Source of the DNA: Eledone cirrhosa
Lineage: Eukaryota
Assembly: GCA_964016885.1 (NCBI GenBank)
Contig: OZ024753.1
Span: 25,668,001-25,732,000, forward strand
Direction: 5' to 3'
Length of the DNA: 64,000 nt
Part shown: positions 12,961 to 25,977 of the stretch, one piece after another
Position numbering within the stretch: the stretch's first letter is position 1
How the letters are laid out: each line of letters starts with the position of its first letter
Translations under genes and position numbers: made by a program
Notes under the pieces: generated by a model
Database searches by the model: none
Seen by the model: the letters and a program-made list of their open reading frames with translations, nothing else
Told to the model about the DNA's origin: nothing

Positions 12961-12983
12961 TATTAATAATAATAGTAATAATA

Positions 12984-13172
12984 ATTGTTTCTACTTTCTG
13001 GCACATGGCCAGCAATTACCCAGTGCATTACTGGTACTTTATTTTATCGACCCCGTAAGGATGAAAGGCAAAGTTAACGTCGGCGGGATTTGAACTCAGA
13101 ATGGCAAGGGCCGTAACTCTATTCGTCAAAGCATGGCGTCCGATCCTCTACCGATACTGCCAATCCACTGCC
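12984..13172 (-). mobile_element. Full-length SINE, tail-to-tail with the previous copy
   Basis: Reverse complement of the 12772-12960 family consensus. Confidence 0.92.
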
Positions 13173-13381
13173 ATAATAATAGTAATAATAATAATGATTT
13201 CACTTATGGGACACAAGGGCCGATATATAGGGGACAATACAAAGACATGGACAGCGGGGGTTTACAATAAGCTCGAGTAAAAGGGCACAATGGCAAGACT
13301 AATTTAACAATGAAGATATAATAATAATAATAATTTCATTTATTGGCCACAAGGGCCGATATGTAGGGGAATAATAACAAT

Positions 13382-13569
13382 AATTGTTTCTACTTTAGGC
13401 ACAAGGCTAGCAAATACCCAGTACATTACTGGTACTTTATTTTATCGACCCCGTAAGGATGAAAGGCAAAGTTAACCTCGGCGGGATTTGAACTCAGACT
13501 GTAAAGGGACGTAACTATGCTAGAAAACATGGCGTCCAACCCTCTACCGATACTGACAATTCCCACCGG
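13382..13569 (-). mobile_element. Full-length SINE
   Basis: Same consensus as 12772-12960. Confidence 0.92.
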
Positions 13570-13591
13570 GAATAATAACAATAATAATAGC

Positions 13592-14172
13592 AAGATCTGT
13601 TTACTGATTGATATGAGAATCCCATGTGATCACAATATCGCGGCAAAGGAATTCGAGAAGCTAAGAAAATATAAAGATCTGCTTATTGAAATAGAAAAAT
13701 GTGGCACCTCAAGGCCGTTAAAATACCAGTAATTATGGAAGGACTGGGAATGATCAAGGAACAGAACAGTATTTGAGGAGGATTCCTGGTTTACCCTCTC
13801 TGCAAGAGGTGCAAAAAATTATTTTGACTGGTACTGCCCACATATTGAGAAGAGCACTATCTCTGTAAGATTGATATCTCCACCCCCTGTGTGGTTGTGT
13901 GTATGTATGTATGTGTGTGTATGTGTGTATGTGAAGAGTACTATCTCTGTGAGAATGATATCCCCTCCACTTGTGTGGATGTGTGTGGATGTGTGTGTGT
14001 GCGTGTGTATGTGTGTATGTATGTGTGAAGAGTACTATGTCTGTGAGAATGATATCCCCTCCACTTGTGTGGATGTGTGTGTGTGTGTGAGCGTATGTGT
14101 GTATGTGTATGTATGTATGTATGCGTGAAGAGTACTATCTCTGTGAGAATGATATCCCTTCCACTTGTGTGG

Positions 14173-14229
<57 letters not shown>

Positions 14230-14600
14230 TGTATGTATATGTGTGAAGAGTACTACCTCTGTGAGAATGATATCCCCTCCACGTGTGTGTATGTGTGGAT
14301 GTGTATGTGTATGTGTGCGTGTGTGTGTGTGTATGTATATGTGTGAAGAGTACTACCTTTGTGAGAATGATATCCTCTCCACGTGTGTGTATGTGTGGAT
14401 GTGTATGTGTATGTGTGGATATGTGTATGGGAGTAGAGCCCTGTCTCTGCAAGAATGATAAGCTGTAACTTATATCCAATGTGGTGTGTTAACTGGCTTA
14501 CCAATGTATACAGTGGGTTTATTGCCCGAGGGGTCAGGAAAACACTCGGTATATATCAGAAACAATACTGAAGTAAAAGGAAAAAACAATAATAATAATA
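13592..14600 (+). mobile_element. R4/Dong-like LINE 3' fragment whose 3' UTR is expanded by a compound minisatellite
   Basis: CLLIDMRIPCD..EKLRKYKDLLIEIEK..IPVIMEGLG..GTAHILRRALSL*. Ends in AAAAC(AAT)n. Confidence 0.8.
13848..14425. repeat. Compound tandem repeat: about 40-bp GAAGAGTACTATCTCTGTGAGAATGATATCCCCTCCAC unit plus variable (GT)n, 6 copies
   Basis: Units start near 13848, 13933, 14027, 14127, 14245 and 14345. The first unit overlaps the LINE stop codon. Confidence 0.9.
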
Positions 14601-14601
14601 A

Positions 14602-14788
14602 TAATTGTTTCTACTTTTGGCACAAGGCCAGCAATTATCCCAGTGCATTACTGGTACTTTATTTTATCGACCCCGTAAGGATGAAAGGCAAAGTTAACCT
14701 CGGTAGGATTTGAACTGAGACCGCAAAGGAACGTAACTCTATGCTGCAAAGCATGGCGTGCGACCCTCTACCGATACTGCCAATTCAC
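14602..14788 (-). mobile_element. Full-length SINE
   Basis: Same consensus as 12772-12960. Confidence 0.9.
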
Positions 14789-15601
14789 ATAATAATAATC
14801 TGTTAGACACGCAGTGACTAACAACAGAATGTTTTAAGTCTGCGTGACTGACATATATGCGTAGCTTGTGAATAAAAAATTCGAGGGGTTTCGTTGGCCG
14901 TGGTGATCCCTGCCAAACATCTTTTGTAATGTATCGTCTTATTGGATAATTTCATCGTCTTATTGGCTAATCAACCAATGATAGTAATTGTTGCTCAAAA
15001 GCATCCGCCACTTTGTTTGCATGTTTATTTATTGTTTCACTTTCGAATCTTCCTCCTGTATTTCGTCGTTTATCATCAACATATTTTTCTCGTTTTGGTA
15101 AGTTATATTATTAATTTATATATGATTTTTTAAATTTATATTAACTATTTTCTTTTCAGTTCGTTATAACATGCTTATAATATTGGTTGTATCATATCTA
15201 CTTGTATATTTGTCCATATTATTGTTCGTTTTATGTTAAATTATTTTATTATTATTATGTTAGATTATTTTTTTATTATTATGTTAGACTATTTGTATGT
15301 AATATTTAATTTTTATTAATTCAACTATAACAACTATTATGTAAAATATATTTATTTAATATTGATTATTTTTTGTAGCTATTTATATTAAGAGTCTGAA
15401 AATATTTTAATATTTTTATACATCTTATTTTTATGCATTTTTATACAATCTTATTTTTATACATTTTTATACAATAATATTTATAAGATCATTTATAAAA
15501 TAAAAATTCTATAATCTAATTACATTACAACAATAATTTATTATTAATATATATCATGTTTAACTAGAATTATTACAAGCGTTGCCTTAAAAAAATATTA
15601 A

Positions 15602-16645
15602 ACTAGACCTGAAAAATGCGCAAGCTCAAAAGAGCCACAGAATGTTATAATACACCTTCAAAAGTGTGGGACTAGAGTTGTTGCTCAAAAATATTGTAAT
15701 CATTATCTATCGTACACTCTGTGGCATCCTTTTATAAAAAAGAGACTCATAACGAACTCAACTGAGGAGTCTCCTCAGTTGGTATGCGAAGTCTAAACGG
15801 TAATATAATCAAGCAAGTTGACGACTTCAAATACCTGGGTAGCTATATCGCCTCCACAGAACATGATGTTAACATCAGACTGAGAAAAGCCTGGGGAGCA
15901 TTGAATGCAATGGAAAAGATATGGAAATCAAACCTGCCGCCCAAACTGAAAAGGAGTTTCTTCAGAGCTGCTGTGTAGTCTGTGCTTGTTTATGGCTCTA
16001 TCACTTGGACGCTAACGTCGAAACTGGAGAAAAAGCTAGACGGGGCATTCACACGTATGCTCGGCGCTGCTTTAAACGTGTCTTGGATGGAATACCCAAC
16101 AGATAAGGGTCACTATGGCAATATACCACCTATAAGCAGGTCAATACGTGGACAGAGACTCAGATTTGCTGGCCACTGTTGGCGCAGCAAGGAAGAAATA
16201 GCAGGTGATGTGTTGTTATGGAGTCCATCTCATGGAGCAAGAAACGCTGGTCGTCCCAAGAAGACATACGTCAAACAACTTGAGGACGATACTGGATGCA
16301 CTGCGGAAGAACTGGCAAACGCTATGAGAGACAGAGATGGATGGAGGAAGCGTGTCGTAGAAAGCCGAGCAAGCTCGACCTGATGATGATAATATACAAT
16401 TCTGTTTAAGTGCATTTCGCATTAATCATTACTAAACATCTAATATGAGATATCGAACATTAGCTTAAATAATTATCGTGTCGTCTTGAGTTCGTTATGA
16501 GTCTCTTTTTTATAAAAGGATGCCACACAGTGTACGATAGATAATGATTACAATATTTTTGAGCAACAACTCTAGTTCCACACTTTTGAAGGTTTATTAT
16601 AACATTCTGTGGCTCTTTTGAGCTTGCGCATTTTTCAGGTCTAGT
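15602..16645. repeat. 160-bp inverted repeat pair (15602-15761 and 16486-16645) enclosing an RTE fragment
   Basis: ACTAGACCTGAAAAATGCGCAAGC...GAACTCAA and its reverse complement, with only a few mismatches. Confidence 0.92.
15771..16391 (+). mobile_element. 5'-truncated RTE LINE 3' end with (TGA)n tail
   Basis: VDDFKYLGSYI, VLVYGSITWTLT, RLRFAGHCWR, GRPKKTY, followed by TGATGATGAT. Confidence 0.9.
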
Positions 16646-16649
16646 AATA

Positions 16650-18490
16650 ATATTCCTAACTGAATATACATATGATCACCTGATAACAAATGATCTATTT
16701 CCCGATGAGCAGAAAGGGTGTAAACAAGGCTCATATGACTGTACGGATCAGCTTCTGGTTAACAAAATGATACTGGAAGATTGTCATAATAGACAAAAAT
16801 CTATCAATTGCTTGGATAGATTACAAAAAAGCATTCGGTAGTTTTCCACACAGTTAGATTGAAAAGTGTTTAGAGATTTTCAAAATATCTCACGTTGTCA
16901 GGGAGGTTCCTGTCATTCATATGAAGACATGGAAAACAACACTCCTTTTGAATAGTGAAAAAAAATCACTGGAAGCTGGAGAAGTTAATATTAATTGTGG
17001 AATTTTTTAGGGTGACTCTTTATCACCGCTTTTATTCTGCACCGCACTTATACCATTAAGTAAAATGCTCAATGAAACAAAACATGGATATAAAGTCTAT
17101 GACAAAACCATTAATCACTTGTTCTACATGGATGACCTGAAACTATTTGCAAAAAATGACGTGAAGCAGTTCAGTGATGATATTAAAATGGAGATTGGAC
17201 TAAATAAATGCGCCAAAGCCACGTTCACCAGAGGAAAGCTGCTGAGAAGTTCAGACATTAATCTTGATCGGGGGAATGTGATAAGAGAACTTGATCAAGA
17301 GGAAACTTACAAATATCTAGGTGTTTGTGACGGAGACGGAATCAAGCACTCGACAATGAGGGAAAGGATAGGGAAGGAATGTTACCGCAGAGTAAGAGCA
17401 ATCTTAAGAATGGAGTTGAATGCAAGGAATAGGATCGATGCCATAAAAACGCTTGCCATACCAGTAGTAACCTACAGTTACAATGTCATCAACTGGTCTA
17501 GTACAGAGATCCGTAGGCTCGATACAAAAATTAGAAAATTCTTAACCATGCACAGGATGCATTACCCTAAGGCAGATACAGATAGAATATATCTCCCTAG
17601 GAAAGAATGGGGACATGGATTAATCCAGTTAGATATTGCTTTGAAAACTGCAACAATTGGATTATCTACATATCTAAGGGAGGCACATGATTGAATGATC
17701 AAACTCATTTTGAAACATGAAAGCATCAAAAGATCATACTCCATTACAAAAGAGGCACAAAGATTCAGTAATGAATTACACATTTCAGAACTTACATTTA
17801 CTATTGAAATGAAAAACACAGAAAAGGCAAAGCAGGTAAAAGTAACTGCTAGGAGAAAGAACTGCTACAGAAACTGGTTAAGTAATGGCAAGAAAAGCCT
17901 CTGTATGGAAAATATCCAGAAAGAGCTAACAGTTCTGATGTTGACAAAACTTTAACCCATCAGTGGTTGGCATCCTCTGGATTGAAATCGGAGACTGAAG
18001 GACTGATTATATCAGCACAAGATCAGTGTCTGCCAACAAAAAATTATCAAGCCAACATCATAAAAAATGGATGCAACCCATTATGCCGTGTATGTAAAAA
18101 ACACCCAGAGACCATTGATCATATAATCTAAATGTGCAGTCCTATAGCTCCAATCGAATACCTAAACAGGCATGACAGAGCTGCACAATACATACATTGG
18201 ATAATGTGTAAGCATTTTTACCTGCCCCATCAAAAGAATTGGTGGGAGCATTAAACACCCCCCGTCTGATTACTTATCCCAAATCCCAGGAAACCCGCGT
18301 ATCGAAGAAATTCAAAAGATAGTACGAATGGGAACTGCCCATGTACTAAGGAAGATTCTGTCAATATAAATACATCACAGGTCTAAACGTCTAAAGATAC
18401 ATGTGTGTATGTATGTTCTTTCCTGAACATGGCGGACCTTGCTGTCTCTTGAGGTCACTGGTTGTGACTTGGTGATAACTCGTATGAACA
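16650..18490 (+). mobile_element. Decayed R4/Dong-like LINE (RT, CCHC finger, internally deleted REL end)
   Basis: EQKGC, GDSLSPLLF, HLFYMDDLKLFA, YKYLGV, CRVC..ETIDHI..C, RHD and GTAHVLRKILSI*. Confidence 0.9.
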
Positions 18491-18818
18491 TAAAGTGTCT
18501 TGGTCGATATATATTCCCCTTTCTTCTGGATTATCTCAATGTCGAGATTTCTTTTATTTTCCTATAAATGTGTTTGTTTCGAGAATTTTTAATATTTTCA
18601 CACATTCTTTTGTAAAAACCAACCAACTAATACCACATCCATCTCTGCTGTGACACAAATCTTTACATAAAATATGTTTTATATCAGATGTAAGCCATCT
18701 TCCTGTTTTGTTATAAACCTATTAATTTTTTATATATTTATTACTTTTAATGCTGAATGTTTTAATAACAAACAATTTCTAATGCATCATTCCGTTTTAT
18801 TGGCTCTATAAACTCTAA

Positions 18819-18896
<78 letters not shown>

Positions 18897-18947
18897 TATA
18901 TATCCCTCGAATTATATGTTACTTTCTTAAAAAGAAAGACATTAGAT

Positions 18948-19130
18948 AATTGTTTCTACTTTTGGCACAAGGCCACCAATTACCCCAGTGTATTACTGGT
19001 ACTTCATTTTATCGGCCCCTTAAGGATGAAAGGCAAAGTTAACCTCGGTAGGATTTGAACTCAGAACGTAAAGGGTCGTGACTCTGTTCTGCAAAGCATG
19101 GCGTCCGACCCTCTACCAATACTGCCAATC
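18948..19130 (-). mobile_element. SINE
   Basis: Same consensus as 12772-12960. Confidence 0.9.
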
Positions 19131-19481
19131 CCTCATTAGATAATGTCGTCTGAGTATCAAGATGATGGTGAAAGGTGGAAGGCTGTTAACTATACTTGTC
19201 AATCTCCCTTCGTTGTGTCATCAATGTTGTCCAAGGGAAAGAGAAAGGCCGAGACAACTTTACACCAGTCGAGGACGGACTCAGAATACATTGAGTCAAA
19301 AGAGATAAGGTAAGACCTTAATATTTCTAATGCTTCATTTCATTTTACCTGGTTGTAGAAACTCTAACAATGTTAATTCAATTTAATTCACAATTTTTAG
19401 CTCTTTGCAACAATTTTTTTTTTCTCTGAGTTATTGAATTTCCTTCGTGTTACAACCTAAAACTGGAGATAATGGTAATAC

Positions 19482-19635
19482 ACGAGGATGGGCGTTGACA
19501 GTGACAGTCATGCTGAAGCTGTGAAATCTCAGTATGCATTAATTTCAACTCTTCTTATTTATAACTGTATTGTTTCTTTCCAGGACTATGTTGAAAAATA
19601 AACCTCATCTGGTCATTCCATGAGAGTATCTTAAT
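19482..19635 (+). mobile_element. Degenerate mariner-MITE copy related to 57190-57382
   Basis: Shared AGCTGTGAAATCT..ATGCATTAAT..TTTCTTTCCAGGA..TGTTGAAAAATAAA. Confidence 0.7.
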
Positions 19636-19659
19636 CGCCCTATGACCTTTCACAGCACA

Positions 19660-19799
19660 TCACTTGACTGGTAAATTCTTTTATCGACCACCGAAGGAGG
19701 AAAGGCAAAGTTAACTTCGGTAGGATTTGAACTCAGGATGTGAGGGACAGTAACTAAATACTACAAAGTATTTCGTCCGATGGTCTACCAATACTGCCA
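19660..19799 (-). mobile_element. Diverged SINE
   Basis: Core GAAAGGCAAAGTTAAC..GGATTTGAACTCAG. Confidence 0.8.
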
Positions 19800-19800
19800 G

Positions 19801-20098
19801 TATAAGGAAACCTCTTTTTATGTATAGTATTAGCAGGTGAACCTTCTTTGTTTGGCGACATTGCGTAAATGCCCCTTATAAGGAAACCTCTTTTTATGTA
19901 TAGTATTAGCAGGTGAACCTTCTTTGTCTGGCGACATTGCGTAAATGCCCCTTATAAGGAAACCTCTTTTTATGTATAGTATTAGCAGGTGAACCTTCTT
20001 TGTCTGGCGACATTGCGTAAATGCCCCTTATAAGGAAACCTCTTTTTATGTATAGTATTAGAAGGTGAACCTTCTTTGTCTGGCGACATTGCGTAAAT
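19801..20098. repeat. 76-bp tandem repeat, about 3.9 copies
   Basis: TATAAGGAAACC starts at 19801, 19877, 19953 and 20029. Confidence 0.95.
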
Positions 20099-20659
20099 CT
20101 TTCGACAGACAAATGACTCCTTCCTATTCAAGTGTAACAGTTTCTTGCTAGAAACTGTTATAAACTACATTGCAGTAGTTATACAAAATTTAGTTTTAAA
20201 ATGTCGACTTTATTTCTCTAAAGACTTCTGATAGCAAATATTGAACGACAGGAGAATCATGGTTTGAATCTAAAACAGTATGTGACATCTGAATATTTTA
20301 TCGATTTTAATAGATAGATGACGTTTAAAATAGATAAGACTGGAATTCTGAGGTCATAGTTATATAGATCATAAGATCACTAATCACAATCAACGCCTGC
20401 TACTTATCTCCCTTGATTGAGGAAACCGATGACATAAGACAGTTCACCATACTCCCATTTTCGAGGTATAAAAGATTATTTTATTATCTAATTCTTTTAC
20501 CGACTTCAGTCATTAGACTGCGACCATGCTGAAGCACCAGTTTAATGTCGAAGGGTCTTTGGAGTAATGTTACTCGATAGAGGACGTAACTCCAGGTAGA
20601 GCTGCTACTTTTCCGATCAAAGTTCAGATATTACATGGGAAAGAATCACTGGACAGGAG

Positions 20660-20827
20660 ACCAAGGGTAGACCCAAGGGTGGACCCAAGGGTAGACTCAG
20701 GGGTGGACCCAAGGGTAGACTCAGGGGTGGACCCAAGAGTGGACCCAAGGGTGGACCCAAGGGTGGACCCAAGGGTGGACCCAAGGGTGGACCCAAGGGT
20801 GGACCCAAGGGTGGACCCAAGGGTGGA
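20660..20827. repeat. 12-bp minisatellite (CCAAGGGTGGAC)n
   Basis: Direct periodicity, about 14 units. Confidence 0.95.
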
Positions 20828-21320
20828 ACCATGATCCTCCTGTTGTTCAATATTTGCTGTCACAAATCTTTAGATTCAGATCGACCGATTTTGCAGAGAA
20901 AAAACCCCGGCAAACCGGGGTGGAAGGGTAGCAAACTTCTGGATAAGAAACAACATAAAAGGAACCTGGTCGGTGATATACCCGTATCTCTTCATCCCCC
21001 ACTCCTCCACGTCACGGGCAGCGATGCACTTCGAGCCGGAATATTCTTAAAAACTCTCATTCTATTTTACAGCGGTGAAAACTGATGTAACTACTTAAAA
21101 AGCAGGCGCACGACGTTATCCGGAGTTAATTATAATTATGTTCAACACCGAAACAACGCACACTGACTGTAACAAGACCCGGCGACATCTTGAAACTTTT
21201 AGGCTCGTAATTAGTTAAATGGTAAGTCACAGGTAACTTTATTTTCGATATATAAACAAAAATCAATTAAAAAAACCCCAAAATTAAACAAAAACAAAAA
21301 CAAACAAACAACAAAAGCCC

Positions 21321-21351
<31 letters not shown>

Positions 21352-22104
21352 ATTCGCATCACTAAAGATATTGATTGATAGGAAATAGCAAGCTTGCCAT
21401 CATCTAATTGAGTGAAATGTCTAGTATATCTATAGAAATTTGCCTGTTTTGGAATTCAGCTAGACTTGATCAATTTCGAAATTACAGGAGTTTGGCAATT
21501 GTAAGCAATCCAATTAACATTGGCCAATGATGCCAACCTAGAGGAAGTTAATGGAGAAGACTGACCAATCTTTAATGATTTAATAACAGCTGTCACCTTT
21601 CTTGAGCTATAACCTAATTTATTGCAAGGAAAAATATCTACATATATAAACTCTTCTCGTGTGTATATATATATATATATATATACACAATCATACATAC
21701 GTATGTATATATATGTATACAAATATATACATATATACATACTTATATATATATGTGTGTGTGTATATATATACATACACACACATGAATTAGCAATGGA
21801 TGGAACACAAAGGGAAATAATGATAGATATACGTAGATTACATTCCAATCTTATTGCAAGTGAAACCATTCAGCAAAAATATAATTATTGAAGGGAGGGA
21901 AATAATTTGAGAAGAATCTCCAGATAAGCTCTCAAATTTCAGTCTTCTATTGTCTAAGCCAGATCTGTCAACGCTTAATACAGACACTGAGCACCCAGTA
22001 TTTATGTAATATCTATCAATGTTAATAATGTAAATATTGAAATACCTTATTCTAACTTTTAAAGAAAAATTTAAAACTCTTAATTCTATTATTGTCTTTT
22101 CCTA

Positions 22105-23093
22105 TTAATATAAATAATTGTTTCTACTCTTGGCACAAGGCCAGCAATTACCCAGTACATTACTGGTACTTTATTTTATCGACCCCGTAAGGATGAAAGG
22201 CAAAGTTAATTTCAGCGGGATTTGAACTCAGATCGTAAAGGGACGTAACTATGCTGGAAAGCGTGTCTGACCCTCTACCAATACTGCCAATTCACCGCCC
22301 TTTATAAATATAAATAATTGTTTCTATTTTAGGCACAAGGCCAGCAATTATCCAGTACATTACTGGTACTTTATTTTATCGACCCCGTAAGGATGAAAGG
22401 CAAAGTTAACCTCGGCAGGAATTGAACTCAGATCGTAAAGGGACGTAACTATGCTGGAAAGCATGTCCGACCCTCTACCGATACTGCACATTCACCGCCT
22501 TTATAAATATAAATAATAATTTCTAATTTAGGCAGGAAGTCGATAATTTCTGGGAAGGTGAAAGACTATTACAACGACTCCAGTACGTGATTGGTACTGG
22601 TGGCCAGATGATTCAATAAAAAAACATAATTTATGATGAGATAAGGGCGGTGCCTGGCAGTAGAATCGATGGAACGTCAGACAACATACTTTGCGGCATA
22701 GAGTTACGGCTCTTTTTGCGTTTAGCGTTCAAATACCACTGAAGTTAGCTTTGCCTTTCATCCAGTAATGTACTGGGGTCCCCACCCCCAAAAATTGCTG
22801 GCCTTGTGCCTAAAATAGAAACAATTATTATTAGAGCGATTATTTGGCAGAATCGGTAGAGCGTTGGACAACATGTTTTGCAGCATTTAGTTACGTCCCT
22901 TTACGTTCTGAGTTCAATTGGCTTTGAGCCAAGATCAGAAACCATTACTGATTTCAAATTCCGCTGAGGTTAATTTTGTCTTTCATCGTCACGGGATCAA
23001 TAAAATAAAGTACCAGTAACGCACTGGGGTCGATTTAATCGACCCCCCCCCCCAAAAAAAAAAATTGCTGACATTGTGTCTAAACGAGAAAAC
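22105..23093. mobile_element. SINE cluster: 200-bp tandem duplication of a minus-strand SINE (22116-22300, 22316-22500), then two plus-strand copies (22645-22830, 22835-23093)
   Basis: Family consensus on both strands. The duplicated unit includes the flank ATATAAATAATTG. Confidence 0.88.
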
Positions 23094-23569
23094 ATGATGA
23101 GATAAAATAATAGGTTTGTAGTAAAAGGCAAAAGTTTAAAACAAGCCGAAGTTAACGGTACTGAAGGGTTCTCCTCTGAAACTACTGTAGTGTTTGATGC
23201 TAAAGAAGATAGAGTCTTAAAGTAGAACTGTAAAACAGGATTGGAATGGTTTCTTGCGTTGCATTACTCTTCCCTGTGTGAAAATATGAGCTTAAACACA
23301 GGATTGTAAGATAATTGGATGAGAGATGGATGGCCCATATCTCCTGATTCATAGGAGCACCATATTGACATACGGAGTTTTTAGGGTGTTTTTTAAATCC
23401 ATCTCCTCTCCAGGTCTGAATACAGAAGATTTCTTCTAACGAAGGATAAAGAGAGTGAGAGAATGGAAGTGAGAAAGAGATATAGAGGAAGAATCAACCC
23501 CAGTACTTGACTGGTACATTTTTTATCGATCTTGAATGGATGAATGGCGATATAATTAAACAGTCGTAA

Positions 23570-24122
23570 ACGTCTCCAACTGATCCAGCTGGATCCCCAA
23601 GCGTGACCAGCCAAGCTCATGGATGTTATCCAACCATCTTGCTCGGGGTTAACCAATGGGTCTCCTAGATGTTGGTTTTGCTCGTAAAATCTGTCCAGCG
23701 ATTCTTTCCTAAGACATTCTAATCACATGCCTATAGTATCGAAGTTGTGATCTCTCATTTTGGAGAAGAAGAGGCTCTACCTAGAGTGACTCTCTGATCT
23801 CCGAGTTACGCACTTTATTGAGTAATGTTACCCGAAAGACCCTTCGGAGGAACCCCATTTCGGCCGTTTGTATTCGCGATCGTATTCTTTTGGTCATTAC
23901 CCAAGATTCATGACCATAGGTAAGGGATGGCACGGAAAATACCAAATTAGAGACAGCGAGTTTGGTTTTTACACCTACCTCCCTTCTTCTGATTACTGAA
24001 TGCTGAGCTGGTGCATTACTGCATCAGCTACTGCAATTCTTGCACTTAATTCAGCCTCTTGCCTTCCATCACTCGTCAACACGGCCCTGAGATACTTGAA
24101 CTTCTCTACCTGCTCCAGATTG
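23570..24122 (-). mobile_element. RTE LINE 3' fragment
   Basis: Minus strand reads LEQVEKFKYL.., PSLTYGHESWVMT.., IQTAEMGFLRRV. Confidence 0.85.
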
Positions 24123-24517
24123 GGATACTGAGAAATAAATGTCTTGAATAAGACACACGATAGTATCGGGACAAGACAGAAATTACTGATCTCTACTTCA
24201 ATAGTCTAACACTTTAACGACTTAACACACCTGCAGGGAAATATTTCCATCTAATTATGCATGAGTGTCACCAGTGTCCAAGCGTCTGTTCTGTTCTATA
24301 GTTAAACCGTGAATGAAATATTGTAATAGGATAAAATTATTCTATAGGGAATAACAGAGCATTCTTATTAACTTGAAGTAATTATTAGAACGATGACCTT
24401 TCTAAATAGAAGACATTCTGCAGAAATCTCTTTAATTCACTCCCAGTAGTTGTCCTTCGAATGGATAGAGGCATTTAGGAATATTTCCTCAAGCTTTTCT
24501 CTCTTTCATTATAAATA

Positions 24518-25792
<1,275 letters not shown>

Positions 25793-25874
25793 CTATAAAG
25801 TAAAGTATGTCCATAGAATAATTTGATAATATATATACATCATTTCCTCTCCCAATTAGCATATGTCTGATGAA

Positions 25875-25917
<43 letters not shown>

Positions 25918-25977
25918 ATATTTCGTTACTGAATTTGTTTAGCAAGACTCTTTATCTGAAAACGTGTGTTGAAACCG

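Noticed and set aside
13848-14425. CRISPR-like repeat-spacer appearance
   Set aside because: The spacers are (GT)n of variable length, the context is eukaryotic, and there are no cas genes.
21360-21960. Possible minus-strand LINE RT remnant (DDGKLAI near 21400)
   Set aside because: It is too short and degraded to support a call.
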